A stretch of DNA of 64,000 nucleotides, from the NCBI RefSeq assembly GCF_009914755.1, contig NC_060925.1, one strand, 5' to 3'. The translations under genes and the position numbers were made by a program. Under the pieces are notes generated by a model that searched no databases, was not told the origin of the DNA, and saw only the letters and a program-made list of their open reading frames with translations. Every line of letters starts with the position of its first letter. Position 1 is the stretch's first letter. Positions 28,001 through 40,800 of this stretch are shown here, in pieces. The stretch is from the human T2T-CHM13v2.0 reference genome, Homo sapiens.

Positions 28001-31000
28001 TCATCGGATGGAAACGAATGGAATCATCATCGAATGGAAATGAAAGGAGTCATCATCTAATGGAATTGCATGGAATCATCATAAAATGGAATCGAATGGA
28101 ATCAACATCAAATGGAATCAAATGGAATCATTGAACGGAATTGAATGGAATCGTCATCGAATGAATTGACTGCAATCATCGAATGGTCTCGAATGGAATC
28201 ATCTTCAAATGGAATGGAATGGAATCATCGCATAGAATCGAATGGAATTATCATCGAATGGAATCGAATGGAATCAACATCCAACGGAAAAAAACGGAAT
28301 TATCGAATGGAATCGAAGAGAATCATCGAATGGACCCGAATGGAATCATCTAATGGAATGGAATGGAATAATCCATGGACTCGAATGCAATCATCATCGA
28401 ATGGAATCGAATGGAATCATCGAATGGACTCGAATGGAATAATCATTGAACGGAATAGAATGGAATCATCATCGGATGGAAATGAATGGAATCATCATCG
28501 AATGGAATCGAATACAATTATGGAATGAAATCCAGTGTGATCATCATCGAATGGACCCGAATGGAATCATCATCCAACGGAAGCTAATGGAATCAACATC
28601 GAATGAATCAAATGGAAACACCATCGAATTGAAACGAATGGAATTATCATGAAATTGAAATGGATGGACTCATCATCGAATGGATTCGAAAGGAATCATC
28701 GAATAAAATTGATTGAAATCATCATCGAATGGAATCGAATGGTATCATTGAATGGAATCGAATGGAATCATCATCAGATGGAAATGAATGGAATCGTCAT
28801 AGAATGGAATCGAAAGGATTCATTGAATGGAATCAGATGGAATCATCGAATGGACTGGAATGGAATCATTGAATGGACTCGAAAGGGATCATGATTGAAT
28901 GGAATTGAATGGAATCATCGAATGGTCTCGATTGGAATCATTATCAAATGGAATCGAATGGAATCACCGAATAGAATCGAATGGAACAATCATCGAATGG
29001 ACTCAAATGGAATTATCCTCAAATGGAATCGAATGGAATTATCGAATGCAATCGAATGGAATTATCGAATGCAATCGAATAGAATGATCGAATGGACTCG
29101 AATGGAATCATTGAATGGAATGGAATGGAACAGTCAATGAACTCGAATGGAATCATCATTGAATGGAATCGAATGGAATCATCGAGTGGAATCGAATGGA
29201 ATTATGATCAAATGGAATCGAATGTAATCATCATCAAATGGAATCAAAAATAACCATCATCAATTGGTATTGAATGGAATTGTCATCAAATGGAATTCAA
29301 AGGAATCAATATCAAATGGAACCGAATGGAATCCTCATTGAATGGAAATGAAAGGGGTCATCATCTAATGGAATCGCATGGAATCATCATCAAATGGAAT
29401 CGAATGGAATCATCATCAAATGGAATCTAATGGAATCATTGAACAGAATTGAATGGAATCGTCATCGAATGAATTGAATGCAATAATCGAATGGTCTCGA
29501 ATGGAATCATCTTCTAATGGAAAGGAATGGAATCATCGCATAGAATCGAATGGAATTATCATCGAATGGAATCGAATGGTATCAACACCAAACGGAAAAA
29601 AACGGAATTATCGAATGGAATCGAAGAGAATCTTCGAACGGACCCGAATGGAATCATCTAATGGAATGGAATGGAATAATCCATGGACTCGAATGCAATC
29701 ATCAACGAATGGAAACGAAGGGAATCATCGAATGGACTCGAATGGAATAATCATTGAACGGAATCGAATGGAATCATCATCGGATGGAAACGAATGGAAT
29801 CATCATCGAATGGAAATGAAAGGAGTCATCATCTAATGGAATTGCATGGAATCATCATAAAATGGAATCGAATGGAATCAACATCAAATGGAATCAAATG
29901 GAATCATTGAACGGAATTGAATGGAATCGTCATCGAATGAATTGACTGCAATCATCGAATGGTCTCGAATGGAATCATCTTCAAATGGAATGGAATGGAA
30001 TCATCGCATAGAATCGAATGGAATTATCATCGAATGGAATCGAATGGAATCAACATCAAACGGAAAAAAACGGAATTATCGAATGGAATCGAAGAGAATC
30101 ATCGAATGGACCCGAATGGAATCATCTAATGGAATGGAATGGAATAATCCATGGACTCGAATGCAATCATCATCGAATGGAATCGAATGGAATCATCGAA
30201 TGGACTCGAATGGAATAATCATTGAACGGAATCGAATGGAATCATCATCGGATGGAAATGAATGGAATCATCATCGAATGGAATCGAATAGAATTATGGA
30301 ATGAAATCCAGTGTGATCATCATCGAATGGACCCGAATGGAATCATCATCCAACGGAAGCTAATGGAATCAACATCGAATGAATCGAATGGAAACACCAT
30401 CGAATTGAAACGAATGGAATTATCATGAAATTGAAATGGATGGACTCATCATCGAATGGATTCGAATGGAATCATCGAATAAAATTGATTGAAATCATCA
30501 TCGAATGGAATCGAATGGTATCATTGAATGGAATCGAATGGAATCATCATCAGATGGAAATGAATGGAATCGTCATAGAATGGAATCGAATGGATTCATT
30601 GAATGGAATCAGATGGAATCATCGAATGGACTGGAATGGAATCATTGAATGGACTCGAAAGGGATCATGATTGAATGGAATTGAATGGAATCATCCAATG
30701 GTCTCGATTGGAATCATTATCAAATGGAATCGAATGGAATCACCGAATAGAATCGAATGGAAAAATCATCGAATGGACTCAAATGGAATTATCCTCCAAT
30801 GGAATCGAATGGAATTATCGAATGCAATCGAATGGAATTATCGAATGCAATCGAATAGAATCATCGAATGGACTCGAATGGAATCATCGAATGGAATGGA
30901 ATGGAACAGTCAATGAACACGAATGGAATCATCATTGAATGGAATCGAATGGAATCATCGAGTGGAATCGAATGGAATTATGATCAAATGGAATCGAATG

Positions 31001-31100
31001 TAATCATCATCAAATGGAATCAAAAATAACCATCATCAATTGCTATTGAATGGAATTGTCATCAAATGGAATTCAAAGGAATCATCATCAAATGGAACCG
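25097..31100 (+). repeat. Partial third copy of the five-unit HOR (A-B-C and first part of D)
   Basis: Variants recur at +9,087 from copy 2 (18590->27677, 19562->28649, 21338->30425, TTGCTATT ~21954->~31041). The D-specific junction and GGAGTC are absent afterwards. Confidence 0.85.
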
Positions 31101-32200
31101 AATGGAATCCTCATTGAATGGAAATGAAAGGGGTCATCATCTAATGGAATCGCATGGAATCATCATCAAATGGAATCGAATGGAATCATCATCAAATGGA
31201 ATCTAATGGAATCATTGAACAGAATTGAATGGAATCGTCATCGAATGAATTGAATGCAATCATCGAATGGTCTCGAATGGAATCATCTTCTAATGGAAAG
31301 GAATGGAATCATCGCATAGAATCGAATGGAATTATCATCGAATGGAATCGAATGGTATCAACACCAAACGGAAAAAAACGGAATTATCGAATGGAATCGA
31401 AGAGAATCTTCGAACGGACCCGAATGGAATCATCTAATGGAATGGAATGGAATAATCCATGGACTCGAATGCAATCATCATCGAATGGAATCGAATGGAA
31501 TCATCGAATGGACTCGAATGGAATAATCATTGAACGGAATCGATTGGAATCATCATCGGATGGAAACGAATGGAATCATCATCGAATGGAAATGAAAGGA
31601 GTCATCATCTAATGCAATTGCATGGAATCATCATCAAATAGAATCGAATGGAATCAACATCAAATGGAATCTAATGGAATCATTGAACAGAATTGAATGG
31701 AATCGTCATCGAATGAATTGACTGCAATCATCGAATGGTCTCGAATGGAATCATCTTCAAATGGAATGGAATGGAATCATCGCATAGAATCGAATGGAAT
31801 TATCATCGAATGGAATCGAATGGAATCAACAACAAACGGAAAAAAACGGAATTATCGAATGGAATCGAAGAGAATCATCGAATGGACCCGAATGGAATCA
31901 TCTAATGGAATGGAATGGAATAATCCATGGACTCGAATGCAATCATCATCGAATGGAATCGAATGGAATCATCGAATGGACTCGAATGGAATAATCATTG
32001 AACGGAATCGAATGGAATCATCATCGGATGGAAATGAATGGAATCATCATCGAATGGAATCGAATAGAATTATGGAATGAAATCCAGTGTGATCATCATC
32101 GAATGGACCCGAATGGAATCATCATCCAACGGAAGCTAATGGAATCAACATCGAATGAATCAAATGGAAACACCATCGAATTGAAACGAATGGAATTATC

Positions 32201-34816
32201 ATGAAATTGAAACGGATGGACTCATCATCGAATGGATTCGAATGGAATCATCGAATAAAATTGATTGAAATCATCATCGAATGGAATCGAATGGTATCAT
32301 TGAATGGAATCGAATGGAATCATCATCAGATGGAAATGAATGGAATCGTCATAGAATGGAATCGAATGGATTCATTGAATGGAATCAGATGGAATCATCG
32401 AATGGACTGGAATGGAATCATTGAATGGACTCGAAAGGGATCATGATTGAATGGAATTGAATGGAATCATCGAATGGTCTCGATTGGAATCATTATCAAA
32501 TGGAATCGAATGGAATCACCGAATAGAATCGAATGGAACAATCATCGAATGGACTCAAATGGAATTATCCTCAAATGGAATCGAATGGAATTATCGAATG
32601 CAATCGAATGGAATTATCGAATGCAATCGAATAGAATCATCGAATGGACTCGAATGGAATCATCGAATGGAATGGAATGGAACAGTCAATGAACTCGAAT
32701 GGAATCATCATTGAATGGAATCGAATGGAATCATCGAGTGGAACCGAATGGAATTATGATCAAATGGAATCGAATGTAATCATCATCAAATGGAATCAAA
32801 AATAACCATCATCAATTGGTATTGAATGGAATTCTCATCAAATGGAATTCAAAGGAATCATCATCAAATGGAACCGAATGGAATCCTCATTGAATGGAAA
32901 TGAAAGGGGTCATCATCTAATGGAATCGCAAGGAATCATCATAAAATGGAATCGAATGGAATCAACATCAAATGGAATCAAATGGAATCATTGAACGGAA
33001 TTGAATGGAATCGTCATCGAATGAATTGACTACAATCACCGAATGGTCTCGAATGGAATCATCTTCAAATGGAATGGAATGGAATCATCGCATAGAATCG
33101 AATGGAATTATCATCGAATGGAATCGAATGGTATCAACATCAAACGGAAAAAAACGGAATTATCGAATCGAATCGAAGAGAATCTTCGAACGGACCCGAA
33201 TGGAATCATCTAATGGAATGGAATGGAATAATCCATGGACTCGAATGCAATCATCATCGAATGGAATCGAATGGAATCATCGAATGGACTTGAATGGAAT
33301 AATCATTGAACGGAATCGAATGGAATCATCATCGGATGGAAACGAATGGAATCATCATCGAATGGAATCGAATAGAATTATGGAATGAAATCCAGTGTGA
33401 TCATCATCGAATGGACCCGAATGGAATCATCATCCAACGGAAGCTAATGGAATCAACATCGAATGAATCAAATGGAAACACCATCGAATTGAAACGAATG
33501 GAATTACCATGAAATTGAAATGGATGGACTCATCCTCAAATGGATTCGAGTGGAATCAACGAATAAAATTGATTGAAATCATCATCGAATGGAATCGAAT
33601 GGTATCATTGAATGGAATCGAATGGAATCATCATCAGATGGAAATGAAAGGAATCGTCATAGAATGGAATCGAATGGATTCATTGAATGGAATCAGATGG
33701 AATCATTGAATGGACTGGAATGGAATCATTGAATGGACTCGAAAGGGATCATTATTGAATGGAATTGAATGGAATCATCGAATGGTCTCGATTGGAATCA
33801 TTATCAAATGGAATCGAATGGAATCACCGAATAGAATCGAATGGAACAATCATCGAATGGACTCAAATGGAATTATCCTCAAATGGAATTGAATGGAATT
33901 ATCGAATGCAATCGAATGGAATTATCGAATGCAATCGAATAGAATCATCGAATGGACTCGAATGGAATCATCGAATGGAATGGAATGGAACAGTCAATGA
34001 ACTCGAATGGAATCATCATTGAATGGAATCGAATGGAATCATCGAGTGGAATCGAATGTAATCATCATCAAATGGAATCAAAAATAACCATCATCAAATG
34101 GAATCAAAAATAACCATCATCAATTGGTATTGAATGGAATTCTCATCAAATGGAGTTCAAAGGAATCATAATCAAATGGAACCGAATGGAATCCTCATTG
34201 AATGGAAATGAAAGGGGTCATCATCTAATGGAATCGCATGGAATCATCATAAAATGGAATTGAATGGAATCAACATCAAATGGAATCAAATGGAATATTT
34301 GAACGGAATTGAATGGAATCGTCATCGAATGAATTGAATGCAATCATCGAATGGTCTCGAATGGAATCATCTTCAAATGGAATGGAATGGAATCATCGCA
34401 TAGAATCGAAAGGAATTATCATCGAATGGAATCGAATGGAATCAACACCAAACGGAAAAAAACGGAATTATCGAATGGAATCGAAGAGAATCATCGAATG
34501 GACCCGAATGGAATCATCTAATGGAATGGAATGGAATAATCCATGGACTCGAATGCAATCATCATCGAATGGAATCAAATGGAATCATCCAATGGACTCG
34601 AATGGAATAATCATTGAACGGAATCGAATGGAATCATCATCGGATGGAAATGAATGGAATCATCATCGAATGGAATCGAATAGAATTATGGAATGAAATC
34701 CAGTGTGATCATCATCGAATGGACCCAAATGGAATCATCATCCAACGGATGCTAATGGAATCAACATCGAATGAATCAAATGGAAACACCATCGAATTGA
34801 AACGAATGGAATCACC
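32201..34816 (+). repeat. Two adjacent 1,308-bp single-module units
   Basis: Anchors lie at 32201, 33509 and 34817. 1308 = 1776-468, and each unit has only one CGGAAAAAAACGG/CCATGG. Confidence 0.93.
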
Positions 34817-37800
34817 ATGAAATTGAAATGGATGGACTCATCATCGAATGGATTCGAAAGGAATCATCGAATAAAATTGATTGAAATCATCATCGAATGG
34901 AATCGAATGGTATCATTGAATGGAATCGAATGGAATCATCATCAGATGGAAATGAATGGAATCGTCATAGAATGGAATCGAATGGATTCATTGAATGGAA
35001 TCAGATGGAATCATCGAATGGACTGGAATGGAATCATTGAATGGACTCGAAAGAGATCATGATTGAATGGAATTGAATAGAATCATCGAATGGTCTCGAT
35101 TGGAATCATTATCAAATGGAATCGAATGGAATCACCGAATAGAATCGAATGGAACAATCATCTAATGGACTCAAATGGAATTATCCTCAAATGGAATCGA
35201 ATGGAATTATCGAATGCAATCGAATGGAATTATCGAATGCAATCGAATAGAATCATCGAATGGACTCGAATGGAATCATCGAATGGAATGGAATGGAACA
35301 GTCAATGAACTCGAATGGAATCATCATTGAATGGAATCGAATGGAATCATCGAGTGGAATCGAATGGAATTATGATCAAATGGAATCGAATGTAATCATC
35401 ATCAAATGGAATCAAAAATAACCATCATCAATTGGTATTGAATGGAATTGTCATCAAATGGAATTCAAAGGAAACATCATCAAATGGAACCGAATGGAAT
35501 CCTCATTGAATGGAAATGAAAGGGGTCATCATCTAATGGAATCGCATGGAATCATCATCAAATGGAATCGAATGGAATCATCATCAAATGGAATCTAATG
35601 GAATCATTGAACAGAATTGAATGGAATCGTCATCAAATGAATTGAATGCAATCATCGAATGGTCTCGAATGGAATCATCTTCTAATGGAAAGGAATGGAA
35701 TCATCGCATAGAATCGAATGGAATTATCATCGAATGGAATAGAAAGGTATCAACACCAAACGGAAAAAAACGGAATTATCGAATGGAATCGAAGAGAATC
35801 TTCGAACGGACCCGAATGGAATCATCTAATGGAATGGAATGGAATAATCCATGGACTCTAATGCAATCATAATCGAATGGAATGGAATGGAATCATCGAA
35901 TGGACTCGAATGGAATAATAATTGAACGGAATCGAATGGAATCATCATCGGATGGAAACGAATGGAATCATCATCGAATGGAAATGAAAGGAGTCATCAT
36001 CTAATGGAATTGCATGGAATCATCATAAAATGGAATCGAATGGAATCAACATCAAATGGAATCAAATGGAATCATTGAACGGAATTGAATGGAATCATCA
36101 TCGAATGAATTGACTGCAATCATCGAATGGTCTCGAATGGAATCATCTTCAAATGGAAGGGAATGGAATCATCGCATAGAATCGAATGGAATTATCATCG
36201 AATGGAATCGAATGGAATCAACATCAAACGGAAAAAAACAGAATTATCGTATGGAATCGAAGAGAATCATCGAATGGACCCGAATGGAATCATCTAATGG
36301 AATGGAATGGAATAATCCATGGACTCGAATGCAATCATCATCGAATGGAATCGAATGGAATCATCGAATGGACTCGAATGGAATAATCATTGAACGGAAT
36401 CGAATGGAATCATCATCGGATGGAAATGAATGGAATCATCATCGAATGGAATCGAATAGAATTATGGAATGAAATCCAGTGTGATCATCATCGAATGGAC
36501 CCGAATGGAATCATCATCCAACGGAAGCTAATGGAATCAACATCGAATGAATCGAATGGAAACACCATCGAATTGAAACGAATGGAATTATCATGAAATT
36601 GAAATGGATGGACTCATCATCGAATGGATTCGAATCGAATCATCGAATAAAATTGATTGAAATCATCATCAAATGGAATCGAATGGTATCATTGAATGGA
36701 ATCGAATGGAATCATCATCAGATGGAAATGAATGGAATCGTCATAGAATGGAATCGAATGGATTCATTGAATGGAATCAGATGGAATCATCGAATGGACT
36801 GGAATGGAATCATTGAATGGACTCGAAAGGGATCATTATTGAATGGAATTGAATGGAATCATCGAATGGTCTCGATTGGAATCATTACCAAATGGAATCG
36901 AATGGAATCACCGAATAGAATCGAATGGAACAATCATCGAATGGACTCAAATGGAATTATCCTCAAATGGAATCGAATGGAATTATCGAATGCAATCGAA
37001 TGGAATTATCGAATGCAATCGAATAGAATCATCGAAAGGACTCGAATGGAATCATCGAATGGAATGGAATGGAACAGTCAATGAACTCGAATGGAATCAT
37101 CATTGAATGGAATCGAATGGAATCATCGAGTGGAATTGAATGGAATTATGATCAAATGGAATCGAATGTAATCATCATCAAATGGAATCAAAAATAACCA
37201 TCATCAATTGGTATTGAATGGAATTGTCATCAAATGGAATTCAAAGGAATCATCATCAAATGGAACCGAATGGAATCCTCATTGAATGGAAATGAAAGGG
37301 GTCATCATCTAATGGAATCGCATGGAATCATCATCAAATGGAATCGAATGGAATCATCATCAAATGGAATCTAATGGAATCATTGAACAGAATTGAATGG
37401 AATCGTCATCGAATGAATTGAATGCAATCATCGAATGCTCTCGAATGGAATCATCTTCTAATGGAAAGGAATGGAATCATCGCATAGAATCGAATGGAAT
37501 TATCATCGAATGGAATCGAATGGTATCAACACCAAACGGAAAAAAACGGAATTATCGAATGGAATCGAAGAGAATCTTCGAACGGACCCGAATGGAATCA
37601 TCTAATTGAATGGAATGGAATAATCCATGGACTCGAATGCAATCATCATCGAATGGAATCGAATGGAATCATCGAATGGACTCGAATGGAATAATCATTG
37701 AACGGAATCGAATGGAATCATCATCGGATGGAAACGAATGGAATCATCATCGAATGGAAATGAAAGGAGTCATCATCTAATGGAATTGCATGGAATCATC

Positions 37801-40800
37801 ATAAAATGGAATCGAATGGAATCAACATCAAATGGAATCAAATGGAATCATTGAACGGAATTGAATGGAATCGTCATCGAATGAATTGACTGCAATCATC
37901 GAATGGTCTCGAATGGAATCATCTTCAAATGGAATGGAATGGAATCATCGCATAGAATCGAATGGAATTATCATCGAATGGAATCGAATGGAATCAACAT
38001 CAAACGGAAAAAAACAGAATTATCGTATGGAATCGAAGAGAATCATCGAATGGACCCGAATGGAATCATCTAATGGAATGGAATGGAATAATCCATGGAC
38101 TCGAATGCAATCATCATCGAATGGAATCGAATGGAATCATCGAATGGACTCGAATGGAATAATCATTGAACGGAATCGAATGGAATCATCATCGGATGGA
38201 AATGAATGGAATCATCATCGAATGGAATCGAATAGAATTATGGAATGAAATCCAGTGTGATCATCATCGAATGGACCCGAATGGAATCATCATCCAACGG
38301 AAGCTAATGGAATCAACATCGAATGAATCGAATGGAAACACCATCGAATTGAAACGAATGGAATTATCATGAAATTGAAATGGATGGACTCATCATCGAA
38401 TGGATTCGAATGGAATCATCGAATAAAATTGATTGAAATCATCATCCAATGGAATCGAATGGTATCATTGAATGGAATCGAATGGAATCTTCATCAGATG
38501 GAAATGAATGGAATCGTCATAGAATGGAATAGAATGGATTCATTGAATGGAATCAGATGGAATCATCGAATGGACTGGAATGGAATCATTGAATGGACTC
38601 GAAAGGGATCATTATTGAATGGAATTGAATGGAATCATCGAATGGTCTCGATTGGAATCATTATCAAATGGAATCGAATGGAATCACCGAACAGAATCGA
38701 ATGGAACAATCATCGAATGGACTCAAATGGAATTATCCTCAAATGGAATCGAATGGAATTATCGAATGCAATCGAATGGAATTATCGAATGCAATCGAAT
38801 AGAATCATCGAATGGACTCGAATGGAATCATCGAATGGAATGGAATGGAACAGTCAATGAACTCGAATGGAATCATCATTGAATGGAATCGAATGGAATC
38901 ATCGAGTGGAATCGAATGGAATTATGATCAAATGGAATCGAATGTAATCATCATCAAATGGAATCAAAAATAACCATCATCAATTGGTATTGAATGGAAT
39001 TGTCATCAAATGGAATTCAAAGGAATCATCATCAAATGGAACCGAATGGAATCCTCATTGAATGGAAATGAAAGGGGTCATCATCTAATGGAATCGCATG
39101 GAATCATCATCAAATGGAATCGAATGGAATCATCATCAAATGGAATCTAATGGAATCATTGAACAGAATTGAATGGAATCGTCATCGAATGAATTGAATG
39201 CAATCATCGAATGGTCTCGAATGGAATCATCTTCTAATGGAAAGGAATGGAATCATCGCATAGAATCGAATGGAATTATCATCGAATGGAATCGAATGGT
39301 ATCAACACCAAACGGAAAAAAACGGAATTATCGAATGGAATCGAAGAGAATCTTCGAACGGACCCGAATGGAATCATCTAATTGAATGGAATGGAATAAT
39401 CCATGGACTCGAATGCAATCATCATCGAATGGAATCGAATGGAATCATCGAATGGACTCGAATGGAATAATCATTGAACGGAATCGAATGGAATCATCAT
39501 CGGATGGAAACGAATGGAATCATCATCGAATGGAAATGAAAGGAGTCATCATCTAATGGAATTGCATGGAATCATCATAAAATGGAATCGAATGGAATCA
39601 ACATCAAATGGAATCAAATGGAATCATTGAACGGAATTGAATGGAATCGTCATCGAATGAATTGACTGCAATCATCGAATGGTCTCGAATGGAATCATCT
39701 TCAAATGGAATGGAATGGAATCATCGCATAGAATCGAATGGAATTATCATCGAATGGAATCGAATGGAATCAACATCAAACAGAAAAAACGGAATTATCG
39801 AATGGAATCGAAGAGAATCATCGAATGGACCCGAATGGAATCATCTAATGGAATGGAATGGAATAATCCATGGACTCGAATGCAATCATCATCGAATGGA
39901 ATCGAATGGAATCATCGAATGGACTCGAATGGAATAATCATTGAACGGAATCGAATGGAATCATCATCGGATGGAAATGAATGGAATCATCATCGAATGG
40001 AATCGAATAGAATTATGGAATGAAATCCAGTGTGATCATCATCGAATGGACCCGAATGGAATCATCATCCAACGGAAGCTAATGGAATCAACATCGAATG
40101 AATCGAATGGAAACACCATCGAATTGAAACGAATGGAATTATCATGAAATTGAAATGGATGGACTCATCATCGAATGGATTCGAATGGAATCATCGAATA
40201 AAATTGATTGAAATCATCATCCAATGGAATCGAATGGTATCATTGAATGGAATCGAATGGAATCATCATCAGATGGAAATGAATGGAATCGTCATAGAAT
40301 GGAATCGAATGGATTCATTGAATGGAATCAGATGGAATCATCGAATGGACTGGAATGGAATCATTGAATGGACTCGAAAGGGATCATGATTGAATGGAAT
40401 TGAATGGAATCATCGAATGGTCTCGATTGGAATCATTATCAAATGGAATCGAATGGAATCACCGAATAGAATCGAATGGAACAATCATCGAATGGACTCA
40501 AATGGAATTATCCTCCAATGGAATCGAATGGAATTATCGAATGCAATCGAATGGAATTATCGAATGCAATCGAATAGAATCATCGAATGGACTCGAATGG
40601 AATCATCGAATGGAATGGAATGGAACAGTCAATGAACTCGAATGGAATCATCATTGAATGGAATCGAATGGAATCATCGAGTGGAATCGAATGGAATTAT
40701 GATCAAATGGAATGGAATGTAATCATCATCAAATGGAATCAAAAATAACCATCATCAATTGGTATTGAATGGAATTGTCATCAAATGGAATTCAAAGGAA

